64,000 bases of DNA from Octopus vulgaris (Eukaryota), in assembly GCA_951406725.2 (NCBI GenBank), contig OX597821.1:83638001-83702000 (forward strand), given 5' to 3'. Of this stretch, positions 50,677 to 64,000 are shown one piece after another. Position 1 is the stretch's first letter; each line of letters opens with the position of its first letter. The position numbers and the translations under genes were made by a program. The notes below the pieces were generated by a model, which searched no databases, had not been told where the DNA came from, and was given only the letters and a program-made list of their open reading frames with translations.

Positions 50677-51044
50677 GGAGCACTCAGAGGGTGCAAACCT
50701 CCACCAAGGCAACAGCAACTTCCTCTCAATGATTAGCCAGAGATGATTTTTAAAATGAGAATGTCTAAAATAAACTCGACTGTTCTCACAAACGAGAGTA
50801 CTAAATATGAACCCGACCGCTCTCTTAAAATTAAGTAAAAAAAACAGGAAAAATTATCCAGAATCCTTGTCTGGTACTGGATCGATCCCAAAATCTAATC
50901 AGTTTGTGCCAGTAACAAGGCCAAACATCTCTGAAAGTTTCTTCCAAATCCATCCAGCTGTTCTTGAGACATCTTGTCCATGGACAAACAAACAAACAAA
51001 CACAACTGAAACAATACCTCCACCTTCACCAAGGTGGAGGTTAT
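50677..51044 (-). mobile_element. Helentron/DINE-1-like non-autonomous element (copy 2)
   Basis: 5' hairpin ACCTCCACCTT-GGTG-AAGGTGGAGGT, (TTTG)n, subterminal repeat GGTGGAGGT and 3' stem-loop GCAC-CCTCTGA-GTGC. Confidence 0.65.
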
Positions 51045-51159
51045 AATCTTTTCTACTATAGGCACAAGGTCTGAGGTTTGGGAAGAGGGACAAATTGACT
51101 ACATCGACCCCAGTACGTAATGGTACTTATTTCACTGACCTCTAAAGGGTGAAAGAAGC

Positions 51160-51198
<39 letters not shown>

Positions 51199-53118
51199 TC
51201 ATCATCATCATCATTTAGCGTCCGTTTTCCATGCTAGCATGGGTTGGATGGTTCAACTGGGGTCTGGGGAGCCCGAAGGCTGCACCAGGCCAGTCAGATC
51301 TGGCAGTGTTTCTACAGCTGGATGCCCTTCCTAACGCCAACCACTCCGAGAGTGTAGTGGGTGATTTTATGTGCCACCGACACAGGTGCCAGACGAGGCT
51401 GGCAGACGGCCACGCTCGGATGGTGTTTTTATGTGCCACCGACACAGGTGCCAGACGATGAGACGCGGATGGTGTTTTATGTGCACCGACACAGGTGCCA
51501 GATGAGGCTGGCGGACGGCCACGATCGGATGGTGTTTGTTACGTCCCCAAAGCATGGAGGCCAGTCTATGCGGTACTGGCTACGGCCACGTTCGGATGAT
51601 TTTCTTGTGTGCCACCGGCACTGGTACCACAAAGATACAAATTCCATTGATGTTCATCTATTTTGATATATATATATCATCATCATCATCATCATCGTTT
51701 AACGTCCGTTTTCCATGCTAGCATGGGTTGGACGGTTCGACCGGGGATCTGGGAAGCCAGAAGGCTGCACCAGGCTCCGGTCTTATCTGGCAATGTTTCT
51801 ACAGCTGGATGCCCTTCCTAATGCCAACCACTCTGTGAGTGTAGTGGGTGCTTTTTACGTCCCACCTGCACTGGAGCCAGGCGAGGCTGGCATCGGCCAC
51901 GGTCGCATTGGTGCATTTTACGTGCCACCTGCACGGAAGCCAGTCGAGGCGGCACTGGCTTCAGCCAATATATATGTATGTGTGTGTGTGTGTGTGTGTG
52001 TGTAATTTTTCTCTGTTTTTTACTCTTTCTCAAAGATGATGGACATATAGAGGTATGTAAAACTGAATCAGAAAATCTCTAGTAAGACTTTTTTTATTGA
52101 TTGTACCTGAAGGAACCCAGAACGGGTTGAAACATGTGTCATACCTAATGACATATTTTACTCATTCCATCTCCCATTTTATTAATACTGTTACTCCAAC
52201 TGCCACTACGAAATTCCTGCAACAAACCTACAGATAACAACAGGGAACCGAAACGGTGCTGGTGCTTTATTCATCATCCATTTATACATTTTGTATAATT
52301 TTTCCATTATATATATATATATATATTTACACACACACATATATATGTATGTGTGTGTGTGCTTGTGTTTGTATTTGTCCCCACCACTGCTTGACAACCG
52401 GTGTTGGTGTGTTTACATCCTCATAACTCAGCAGTTTGGAAAAAAGAGTCATAGAATAAGTACCAGTCTTAAAATTAAAAAAAAAAAAATGAAACACTGA
52501 GGCTGGTTCATTCAACTAAGATACCTCAAGGTGGTGCCCCACCCTGCCCACAGTCTGATGACTGAAGCAAGTAAAAGATAAAAATAGTTATGGGGTTTTT
52601 GTTGTTATATTTGGATTACATTTCTTTTTTTTTCTTTTCTCTGACATGCTTTTTCCAAACCTGAAGAATATATGCCATTTTCTTCATTGTTTTCAAAGAA
52701 ACAAGTCTAATGTTCAATCTAGTTACATCTAGAAAGTATGTTATTAAGATTTTATCTAATTAAATCTTTCCCAGACCAGGTTTCTATGTCACAAAGCACT
52801 TTCTTAAAATGGCTACAAACTGCTATTCTTCTTATTTATTTTCGTCGTCATTGTCGTCATGGTCATCGTCATTGTGGTCGTCATCATCATCGTCGTCATC
52901 GTCATTGTTGTCATCATCATCATCATCATCATCTTTAAGGCAGCAAGATGGCAGAATCATTAGCATGCCAGATGAAATCCTTAGTGGTATTTCGTCCGTC
53001 TTCACATTCTGAGTTCAAATTCTGCTGTGGTTGACTTTGTCTTTCAGGATCAATAAAAGAAATTTGAGGCCTTGTGTTTCCAGTAGAAAGGATTATTATT
53101 ATTATTATTGTTATTATT

Positions 53119-53287
53119 CAGTAGTATATTTTTTATAGTGTGCTTTCACTTCACTACCGAGCGCAGCTCTGTGTGCCTTGGGTATATGTTGTGATTTGTT
53201 GTGATGCTCTGATGGTTATTGTATGGAAAGTGTTCTGCGTAGGATGTGTGCAGTGCCTAGTAGTGCAATTTTCTGTATGTTATATGT

Positions 53288-53289
<2 letters not shown>
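53119..53289 (-). mobile_element. R4/Dong LINE 3' stub inside (TAA)n; another at 54201-54343
   Basis: Near-identical to the 3' end of 56019-56888; both ends abut TTA repeats. Confidence 0.92.
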
Positions 53290-53351
<62 letters not shown>

Positions 53352-53618
53352 CATTATTATCATTATTATCATTATTATTATTATTATAAAAAAAGCAATG
53401 AGCTGGCAGAATTGTTACCACATTGGGCAAAATATTTAGCAGCATTCCTTCAGGCTGAGGTTGAATTTTTGTTTCATCTTTTTGGTGTTGATAAAATAAG
53501 TGCCAGTTGAGTTCAGAGACTAATGTAGTTGACTAACCCTTTCACTTGAACATGGTGGCCTTATGGCTATAGTAGAAAGGATTGTTATTATTGTTGTTGT
53601 TGCTGTTGTTGTTATAAT

Positions 53619-54140
53619 TGAGTGAGAGAGTAGTGCATGCCATCAAAGTGACACTAGGGAACAAATATATGAAGCCCAGTATACCCATCATGACTACCCA
53701 TCTGATAAGGCACATGCATCTCAACCATATATGCGCAACATGGTGATCTCATATCAAGATAAACAGTGCATGACCTTGCAGGTGGGGCTAGGTAGAATTT
53801 TCTTCTGGTCGACTACCCCATCCCGCTCAAAAGGTCCTTGAATAAGGGTTGTTTAAAGATCTTGAACGAAACACTCATGTTTCCAAAGGTGAATTATCCA
53901 AACCGCAAAGAATTCCTTTCAGCACATGGCTGTGATGCTCCCCTACTACTTAGAGATGCACATATCGTCAGCCACTAAGGGACATGCTCAACTGGTTAAG
54001 GTCAAACAACTGACAAGCAAATCTGAGGTATTGAGCAGAATATTTGCTGTAGCCCATCTTTTATACCAAGACAAAACACTTCCAATCAGTTAAGATCAAA
54101 AGTCATGAAAGCCACTGCCTGGTACTGCATCAGAGAATTT
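53619..54140 (-). mobile_element. Family C element retaining its apparent 5' end; further copies at 54424-54916 (-) and 43941-44004 (+, 5' end only)
   Basis: Aligns to 19936-20441; flanked by TTA repeats. Confidence 0.8.
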
Positions 54141-54156
54141 ATTATTATTATAATTG

Positions 54157-54203
<47 letters not shown>

Positions 54204-54340
54204 TAGTTTTATTTTTATAGTGTGCTTTCACTTCACTACCGAGTGCAGCTCTGTGTGCCCTGGGTATGTGCTGTGATTTGTTGTGATGCTCTGATGGTTA
54301 TTGTATGGAAAGTGTTCTGCGTAGGATGTGTGCAGTGCCT

Positions 54341-54421
<81 letters not shown>

Positions 54422-54916
54422 TTTGAGTAAGAGAGCAGTTCATGCCATCAAAATGACATCGGGGTAAAATATACGAAATCCAGTATACCCATCATGACAT
54501 CATCTGATAAGGGTACACTAGGCACATGCATCACAACCATATGTGCGCGACATGGTGATCTCATATCAAGATAAACAGCGCATGACTTTGCAAATTGGGG
54601 CTCAGTTAGAATTTTCTTCTGGTTGAGTAACCCATCCCACTCAAAAGGTCTCTGAATAAGGATTGTTTAAGGATGTTGAATGAAACACCCATGTTTCCAG
54701 GGGTGAATTATTCAAACCCCCAAAGAATTCCCTTCAACACATGGCTATGATGCTCCCCCACTACTTCTGCTCATGATCAGAGATGTACATATCGTCAGCC
54801 ACTAAGGGACATGCTCAACTGGTTAAGGTCAAACAACTGACAAGCAAATCTGTGATACTGAGCAGAATATTTGCTGTAGCCCATCTTTTATACCAAGACA
54901 AAACAATGTACAAGAT

Positions 54917-54960
<44 letters not shown>

Positions 54961-55930
54961 TTATTGTGACCAATAAAAAAAATCATTGCTGCTGGCAGAA
55001 TCATTAGCCCGCCAGGCGAAATGCTTTTTGGTGTTTCCTCTACCTTTACATTCTGAGTTCAAATTCCACCAAAGTTGACTTTGCCTTTCATCCTTTAGGG
55101 GTTGATAAATTAAGTACCAGTTTCATACTGGGCTCGATCTAATCGACTGCCCCCCTTCCCACGAAATTTCAGGCCTTATGCCTATAATAGATAGAATAAT
55201 TATTATTATTATTGTGGCCAATAACAAAAAATTCATTGCTACCAGCAGGATCATTAGCATGCCTGGTGAAATGCTTAGTGGTATTTTATCTGTTGCTTCA
55301 TTCTGAGTTCAAATTCTGCCAAGGTCGACTTTGCCTTTCATCCTTTTGGGGTTGGTAAATTAAGCACCAGGGAAACACTGGGATTGATGTAATAAACTAG
55401 ACCCGTCCCTTAAAAATTCAAGCTTTGTAATTAACTAACCTAATTCCCCAAATTTGTTGGCCTCGTACCAAAATTTGAAACCATTATTATTATTGTTGTT
55501 GTTATTCTTTTATTCTTTTATTTGTTTCAGTCTTTTGGCTGTGGCCATGCTGGAGCACCCCCTTTAGTCGAACAAATCGACCCCAGGACTTATTCTTTAT
55601 AAGCCTAGTTTTTATTCTATCGGCCTCTTTTGCCAAACTGCTAAGTTACGTAAACTCACCAGCATTTATTGTCAAGTGATGGTGGAAGTACAAAACACAG
55701 ACACACAAACACACACAGACACACACATATATATATATGATGGGCTTCTTTCAGTTTCCGACTACCAAATAGACTCATAAGGCTTTGGTCAGCCCAAGGC
55801 TGTAGTAAAAGACAGTTGCCCAAGGTGCAACGCAGTGGGACTGAACCTGGAACCATGTGGTTGGTAAGCAAGCTTCTTACCAAACAGCCATGCCTGCACC
55901 TATTGTAATTGTTATTATTATTACTATTAC

Positions 55931-56009
<79 letters not shown>

Positions 56010-56018
56010 ATTATTATT

Positions 56019-56886
56019 CAGTAGTTTTATTTTTATAGCGTGCTTTCACTTCACTACCGAGCGCAGCTCTGTGTGCCTTGGGTATGTGCTGTGATTTGTT
56101 GTGATGCTCTGATGGTTATTGTATGGAAAGTGTTCTGCGTAGGATGTGTGCAGTGCCTAGTAGTGCAATTTTCTGTATGTTATATGTGTTTGTAAGTCCT
56201 GGTGTTTTTGTTATGTATTTGTCTGAATATTTTTTTATCATGCCTAATGCACCTACTATGATAGGAATTGTTTCTGTTTTCAGGTTCCACATTCTAGTTA
56301 CCTCTATTTCCAGGTCTTTGTATTTTGAGAGTTTCTCCATTTCTTTTAGAGACACGTTGTCATCTGCCGGTATTGATACATCAATTAGAAAGCATTTTTT
56401 TTCTTCATGATCTCTGACAACTATATCTGGTCTGTTGGCCTTAATTTCTCTATCTGTGTGTATCGGCATATCCCAGAGTATGGTTGCTTTCTCGTTTTCT
56501 GTGACCTTTTCTGGTGTGTGCCTATACCATCTTTTTTCTGTTGTTATTCCATAATGTTGGCATAGCTTCCAATGTATGTAGGTTCCAACTCTGTCATGTC
56601 TGTGAATATATTCCTTCTTAGCCAGGACTGGGCAGCCAGAGATAATATGATTTATTGTTTCTTGCCCATCTCCACATATTCTGCAGTTACTTGTTATATT
56701 TCTTTTCATTACATGTTTTTGGTAATTTCTGGTGGAGAGGCTTTGGTCTTGTGCTGCAATTAAAAATCCCTCTGTTTCTGCTTTGAGTCCTGAGCTTCTC
56801 AACCATTGCTGGGATTTTTCTTTGTCTATTTCTTTTGCCTTTAGTTTAGTGCAGTATTTACCATGAAGGGGCTTTTCTTGCCATCG

Positions 56887-56888
<2 letters not shown>
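56019..56888 (-). mobile_element. R4/Dong-clade non-LTR retrotransposon, 5'-truncated, intact C-terminal ORF (56116-56888) with CCHC knuckle and restriction-like endonuclease
   Basis: WQEKPLHG, ETEGFLIAAQDQ, CRICGDGQETINHIISGC (CCHC), RHD, ILWD, NRPDIV...LIDV...EKLSKYKDL, PIIVGALG. Both flanks are TAA/TTA repeats. Confidence 0.96.
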
Positions 56889-56966
<78 letters not shown>

Positions 56967-59558
56967 CATCATCATCTCTGAGTGTGGTGCTGAGGCAGCT
57001 TTGCACTATATTTCCAGTTAAGGACTATCTTCATTTTATCTTTAAGTGTTTCAAAAGTCATCTTTTAACTGAGTAGAATTTTTTTTTCTTTTTCTTATTT
57101 TCCTTTAGTGGTTGTCCTTCAGCTAACATCTGATACCTATTAATGCAGTCGGTCGTTAGTGCCACACAATCTCTTCAATTGCTAAGTGCCAATTAATCTT
57201 ATAATCTTTTTCTTTCTTTCTCACTCAGTTTAAAGAAGAATCTAATATTATTAACAAACACTAAAAACAAAAAAAAAACCTCAAGAAAGAAAGAAAGAGA
57301 AATCTTAGTTTTAATTGAACCGTACAAGACACACCAGTGTCTTAAGCACTGTAATAGTTCTAATGACCGGATTGAAGATGGTGGCGGCGGTGGCAGCAGT
57401 GGTGGTGGTAGTAGTGATGGTGGTAGTGGTGGCAGTGGCTTTTACTAGTGTAGTGGTATAGTAATAATTGTGATTGTGTTAAAGATAATAGTTAGAGGGT
57501 TGTGGTAGTAACCATGGAAGTATGGTGGTCATACGGTTATGACGATATATATATCTTTACTACCCACAAGGGGCTAAACACAGAGGGGACAAACAAGGAC
57601 AGACAAACGGATTAAGTTGATTAGATTGACCCCAGTGCGTAACTGGTACTTAATTTATCGACCCCGAAAGGATGAAAGGCTAAATAGCTGGGGTATGATG
57701 TTTGTTCGGGACATTTGGCGATAGCCAAGTACCATTTTAAAGTTTGAGTATGATGGGTATTTGTCCGGAGGCCCCAAAGGATGCAAGGGTCCAATATTAA
57801 TCATTGTCATCATTCTTTTATTCTTTTATTTGTTTCAGTCATTTGACTGTGGCCATGCTGGACCACCGCCTTTTAGTCGAAGAAATCAACCCTAGGACTT
57901 ATTCTTTGTAAGCCTAGTACTTATTCTATCAGTCTCTTTTGCTGGACTGCTAACTTACAGGGACATAAATGCACTAACATCAGTTGTCAAGTGATGGTGG
58001 GGGGACAAACACAAACATACAAACATATACATACATATATATATGACGGGCTTCTTTCAGTTTCTGTCTACCAGATTCACTCACAAGCCTTTGGTCAGCC
58101 TGAGGCTATAGTAGAAGACACTTGCCCAAGGTACCATGCAGTGGGACTGAACCTGGAATCATGTGGTTCAGAAGCAAGCTTCTTACCACATCATCATTAT
58201 TTAACATCCGTTTTCCATCCTGGCACGGATTAGATGGTTTGACTGGAGATGGTAAGCCAGGTAGCTGCACCAGGCTCCAGATGTCTGTTTTAACTCGGTT
58301 TCTATCACTGGATGCCTTACCTAATGTCAACCACTCCACAGAGTGCACTGGGTGCTTCTTATGTGTCACCAGCACAGGTGCCTTTTATGCATCATCAGTA
58401 AGTGTGCCATTCACTCATCCCCAGCACTAGTCATGACCACGATTTCACTTAGCTCGATGTATCTTCTCAAGCACAGCAATTTGCCAGAAGTCTCAGTCAC
58501 TTGTCATCACCCCCATGAGACTCAACAACTGGAGATCACATTTCACCACCTTGTCCCATGTCCTCGTGGCTCTACCTCTTTCACAGGTTACTTCCACAAT
58601 TAAAGATCAGCACTTTTTTATGCAGCTCGGTATTAATTTGGTCCTAGTGATAGCTATGGAAATAAGCATAGTGCTTTAATAAGTGTGATGGCGAAGTAAT
58701 AGTGTGGTTGCTATGGAGTGTGATGATGATGTGATAATGGTGAAGTGTGATGAAGGTGGAGTGGTTGGCATTAGAATGGGCATCCAGCTATATAAACCAA
58801 GCCAAAATCAGACTGGAACCCGGTGCAGCTCTCTTGCTGATCAGTTCCAGTCGAACCGTCTAATCCATGCCAGCATGGAAAGCGGACGCTAAATGATGAT
58901 GATGATGATAAGAAGTTTGTTGGGGTTGAGAGTGGCAGATGGACAGAGATGGGGATAAAGGGTAAAATTATTATATTCATAAATACGAAAATATCCAGTC
59001 ACATGGTTTTACTCACTAAAGTTTATTTATTAATCTCTACTTGTTGAAGGATTTTATTGAGCCTTCATTTATGACTGTTAATACTTTAAAATCCAGCTGG
59101 TCGGATGTCAAAGCTGTTGTAGGATAAAAAAAAAAACAACCCTGAAACCCTATATCATCTCATGAACAGCATATATTGGTTAATGAGCTGCAGTTTGGCC
59201 ACTGTTGTTCTATAACCGTAGTTAGAACATTGATTTCCTGTACTTGTTGAGTAAGACCAGGCAGAAGAGAGGATCAATTCCTGAGAGTGTGCAGAGAAGT
59301 TAGGTTTAATTATAGGTTCTTCTTCTTCTTCTTCTTCTTCTTCTTCTTCTTCTTCTTCTTCTTCTTCTCTCTTACCTTCAACTAAATTGAAATCATGAGA
59401 ATATCTAATTCTGAGAAATATTTACATAAAAAAACAGAAAACTAAAATAAAACCCATCTTTAAGTTGTGCAGAATAAACAGATTTAGAATTTTGCAGTTT
59501 ATTAATTCTTTTGAGTTTAGTTTGCATCATCAGAAACTGTGGAGCTGTTTCTGTGCAG

Positions 59559-59559
<1 letters not shown>

Positions 59560-59622
<63 letters not shown>

Positions 59623-60757
59623 ATGAGTGTGTGTGTGTATGTATGAATGTGTGTGTGTGTATGTATGAATGTGTGTGTGTGTGTGTGTTTTGTATGTGTG
59701 TGTGTATGTATGAGTGTGTGTGTGTGTTTTGTATGTGTGTGTGTGTGTGTGTTTTGTATGTGTGTGTGTATGTATGAGTGTGTGTGTGTGTTTTGTATGT
59801 GTGTGTGTGTGTGTGTTTTGTATGTGTGTATGTATGTGTGTGTGTATGTGAGAGAGAGAGAGCAAGAGAGTTAGTGAGAGAGTTCAATGTGAATGAATAC
59901 AGAGAGAGGGAGAGAGAGAGTATGTGGGAGAAAGGGTAAGGGGGGGAAGAGTGAAAGAAAGAGAGTGTAACTGAATGAGTGGAGGTTGTGAGAGATAAAG
60001 AGACAGTGGGAGGGAGAGCAGAGAGAGAGAGAGAGAAAGAAGAAGAAGAAAGAGAGAGGGGGAGAGAAGGACAGAGGGGGGTGAGATAGAGAGAAACAAA
60101 ATGAGAGAGTGTATATAATTGAGTATGAATAAAGTGTGTGAATAGAGAGTGTGTGTGTGTGTGCATGCGTATGTATGGGTGTGTGTGTGAGTATGTATAT
60201 GTATATGTATATATGTATGTATATATGTGTGTGTGTGAGTGTGTACATGCATATAGATTTGTATGTACACACATATATACATCTGTATATCAGTGAACAT
60301 GCATTTATGCATACATAGGTGTCTACGTGCTTCTGTATTGTGTGTTTATTTGTGTGTAATTGTGTTTGTTGATGCACATTTCTGCATGTGTGTAAATGTG
60401 TGTGTGGCTGTACATGTAGAGCCATGCACGTGTCTATATACTTACATACAGCTGTGTATATCTACAAACATACACAGATGGCTACATGCCTATGTCTGCA
60501 TGTGAATCGCAAATCTACTTATCTGTTTATGCGTATGCATATGTGCAAATAGGGATTTATGTATACGCATATATACGCAGGTCTGTGTATGCTTGTGTGT
60601 GTGTGTGTGTATGTATATATGTGCATGGTTATGATTGCACGTGTGCATATGAATATGTATGGCAAGCACATGTATGCTGATGTGCGACGGTGATGTACAT
60701 ATATATATGTAAATGCATGTGTGTATGTAATACATGTTAGTGCATGTGTGTAAAGTG

Positions 60758-60796
<39 letters not shown>

Positions 60797-60800
60797 ATGT
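59560..60800. repeat. (TG)n, (AG)n and degenerate TGTA low-complexity region
   Basis: Directly visible; includes higher-order GTGTGTTTTGTAT units at 59680-59830. Confidence 0.93.
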
Positions 60801-61365
60801 GTGAATACGTTGTGATTCTTTCCTTCTCATATTGCTTCAGGCCCAAAAATAAATGTATTTTCAAAAACACCTTAGCATTTTGTTTTTATTTCCTTTTGGG
60901 AGGCTTAAAAATGTCCAAATAGCCTCCTACACCACCGTCACCCCCCCCCCCCACACACACACACCACCACCACCACCACCACCGCCACCACCTCTTCCAC
61001 CCCCACTGCCCCCCACTGCCCCCACCACCACTGCTGCCGCCACCGCCACCACTGCCACTGCCCCACATAAAAGACTTAAGAAGATATTCATGAGATTATC
61101 TCCTTAACTTCTTTAAATCCACTTTAATCTCTGAATATGTCCAATTACTGCTGTTGCTAGATCTACATCATCATCATCATCATCATCTTCAACAGCAGCA
61201 GCAGCAGCAGCAGCAACAACAACGACAACAGTAGCACTAACAAAAGAAAAACATTAAGTTTGATTTTTCAATGAACAGCTGAAACAACTAAGCAATTGGT
61301 CAATCTCTCTGTCTGTCTGTCTGTTTAGCTGTCTGAACATCTATCTGTCTACCTGTCAGACAGTC

Positions 61366-61479
<114 letters not shown>

Positions 61480-61485
61480 ACTATA

Positions 61486-61690
61486 CATAGTTCCTGGCTT
61501 TAAGGGTATTGCAATAGGCCTGGTTCAAGGCCCAACCTTCTGAGTTCTTTTACAGGGCTTAGAGAAACTGAAGGACTGCTGCAATAAGTGTGTGAATCTG
61601 AGAGGAGAATATGTTGAATAAAACCATAATTAACTTATCCTCCTGTGTCTCCTTTTATCCAAAGATAGGAATTTTTCAACACCATCTTAT
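61486..61690 (+). mobile_element. Internally deleted mariner remnant (transposase C-terminus plus 3' end)
   Basis: FLQGLEKLKDCCNKCVNLRGEYVE* matches the mariner C-terminal 'KC...G.YVE' motif. Confidence 0.75.
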
Positions 61691-61911
61691 ATATATATAT
61701 AGTTAATCCATATATATATATACGTTATAAAAATAGGGTTCAGTAAAATAGTTTACTTTACCACACACCAAACTTTTTAGAAATAGCAGCCAAAAATCTT
61801 AGCTATTTCTTCTACTGTAAGAAAAATCTCCCAGACAATGCATACTCAAAAATAACTCACACAGGTGCAGAGGGAAAAATAACGAAAGATCACACGTATA
61901 TAAGATTACCT

Positions 61912-61970
61912 GAGAACAGCCCGTTTCTGGATTAGTTGAATATAAAGATCAACATTTCCTTCATCAGCTC
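61912..61970 (-). ncRNA. Minimal type-I hammerhead-ribozyme-like motif in a Penelope-like remnant
   Basis: GAG-CTGATGA-AGGA..GTTGA..TCAAC..TCCA-GAAA-CGGGCTGTT-CTC; stem I GAG/CTC. Confidence 0.55.
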
Positions 61971-62142
61971 AAAGATTTCTTTTGATTTGGATTTGAGAGC
62001 ACTAAAAATCGAAGATACCCGTCTGGTATGAATAATCCCAGACAAACCATATTCGACCGGCAGTACCAACGAATTCAAAAATACAAGTGAGGCCTCGCAT
62101 TCATCCCCTTCCTCCCACGTGAGTTACAATATATATATATTG

Positions 62143-62186
<44 letters not shown>

Positions 62187-62274
62187 GTGAGAATATGCAA
62201 AACAAAAAAAGATGAAGATGGGTGTGTAAACAACAAACAGATATATTAGTTTAACATTCGGGAAGTGAGAAAGT

Positions 62275-62310
62275 CTTTTACATTTCGAGCCTATGCTCTT
62301 CGTCAGAAAG
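62275..62310 (-). ncRNA. Minimal type-I hammerhead-ribozyme-like motif (best preserved)
   Basis: CTTT-CTGACGA-A-GAGC-ATAG-GCTC-GAAA-TGTA-AAAG: core CUGANGA/GAAA, stem II GAGC/GCTC, stem I CTTT/AAAG, GUA cleavage triplet. Confidence 0.7.
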
Positions 62311-62379
62311 GAGCACAGAAATAAACAGGGAGAGAAAATAGAAAGAGGTTTCGTGGCTAATGATCTATCATGGCGAATG

Positions 62380-62418
<39 letters not shown>

Positions 62419-64000
62419 TACATCAGGTCATTAAGAATGAAATGTCTAATTTTCTTATGTACCAAGTTTGACAGTCGTTAACTTTAATGGGACCTGGGAA
62501 GCCAAGAGGCTGCACCAGGCCCCAATCTGATCTGGCAGTGTTTGTACAGCTGGATGCCCTTCCTAATGCCAACCACTCCGAGAGTGTAGTGGGTGCTTTT
62601 TACATGCCACCGGCACAAGGAGCCAGAGGAGCTGGCATCGACCACGATTGGATGGTGCTTTGTTCATGCTCTAGATATATAATGCACTTCAAGTCGGTTT
62701 GTTGACATGGTTGACACCTCATACATGCACTTTCTTTTTGCATTCTGCCATTGAAAATAACCACTTCACTTCACTAAAAGAAAAAAAAACACCACCAATA
62801 TTGTCACCTGACTGATCCAGCATCGCTCATTCACTGCAACATCTTCCATTTTGGGGACCAGTTGATTCATCTTTCAAAAGAGTCTCTGTGTGGTTTTTCC
62901 AAGAATCAACAGTCAAATCTCTTGCAAATCACATTCTAACATTTTAAACAATGGAAAGTTATATACTATAATGTTGTCCTGTGGAGGTGTGTGGTTAAGT
63001 GGTTTGGGTGTTTCACTCATGATTGTAAGATTGTGGTTTCGATTCCTGGACCAGTCCATGCGTTGTGTTCCTGAGTAAAACACTTTATTTCACATTATTC
63101 CAGTCCACTCCACTGGTAAAGATGAGTAATTCAGTGACTGACCAGTGTTCCATGCAGAGAGGAATTTATATGCCAGAGAAACTCCTTACTGAGTAATGTG
63201 AACTTAGCCCTTATAATGTTGTCCTAGATATATTCATCATCATCATCATTGTTTAATGTCCGCTTTCCATGCTAGCATGGGTTGAATGATTTGACTGAGG
63301 GCTGGCAAACCAGATGGCTGCACTAGGCTCCAATCTTGATCTGGCACAGTTTCTACAGCTGGATGTCCTTCCTAACGCCAACCACTCTGAGAGTGTAGTG
63401 GGTGCTTTTTACGTGCCAGTCAAGTGGTACTGGCAACGACCTTGCTCGAATCTTTTTACACATGTCACCAGCACAGGTGCTAGTAAGGCGACGCTGGTAA
63501 CGATCACGCTCGAATGGTGCCTTTTATGTGCCACTGGCATGGAAGCCAGTTAGCCACTCTGGCAACGATCATGCTTGGATGGTGCTCTTGGCACCCTACT
63601 AGCACGGGCACAAGTGCCTCAGAAAAACATGGGGTGGTCATACTAGAATATTTTTTATCATAGTTCTGTTTGATAATTGCTTAGGGCTGACCTGGGGCTA
63701 AAAACACAGTGACATGTAGCTTTCTAACTCATAGCAGATTATAACTTATCATCAACCTCTCTGTGTAGAATATAATTGTGTTTGGTCTAATTACAACCAA
63801 ATCTATCGACCCAAGTCTTTGGTGTTGTCTTTCCTCAAAATATTTATTGCAGTATTGTATTATGATATTGCATATATTGCAGTATTGCACTGCAATATTA
63901 CATGCATTGCACCGAAATCAATAGCATATTACAAAGATGCAATGTAAAGAAAGGCCTGGAGAGGAATTAATTATAGGCTGGAATGCAGTATGTGGCACTG

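Noticed and set aside
56889-57006. N-terminal extension (poly-N) of the 296-aa ORF
   Set aside because: Read-through of the flanking (AAT)n target repeat; the element is 5'-truncated at about 56888.

Overview
AT-rich, microsatellite-saturated animal genomic DNA. The SINE/LINE repertoire and the Jun sequence suggest a coleoid cephalopod, most likely Octopus (inference; no search was run). The only host gene I can support is an intronless c-Jun/AP-1 gene (2740-3621, +). Its proximal promoter shows the same CCAAT / TGACATCA-type ATF-Jun site / MEF2 site / atypical TATA order as vertebrate JUN. The remaining ~59 kb has no recognisable host exons and is a mosaic of mobile elements: several tRNA-derived SINE families, RTE LINE 3' ends, RLE-type LINEs (R4/Dong, CRE, and a decayed non-autonomous RLE derivative) sitting mostly in (TAA)n tracts, a full-length dead mariner, several MITEs, Helentron-like and hAT elements, and Penelope-like remnants. 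The most notable hidden signal is about a dozen minimal type-I hammerhead-ribozyme-like motifs from several unrelated repeat families, including a tandem pair and a pair with a compensatory stem change. There are also several local inverted duplications and a twin-priming-like inverted RTE fragment. Most ORFs in the supplied track are microsatellite translation noise. Repeat boundaries were read by eye and are approximate (about +/-10-20 bp).
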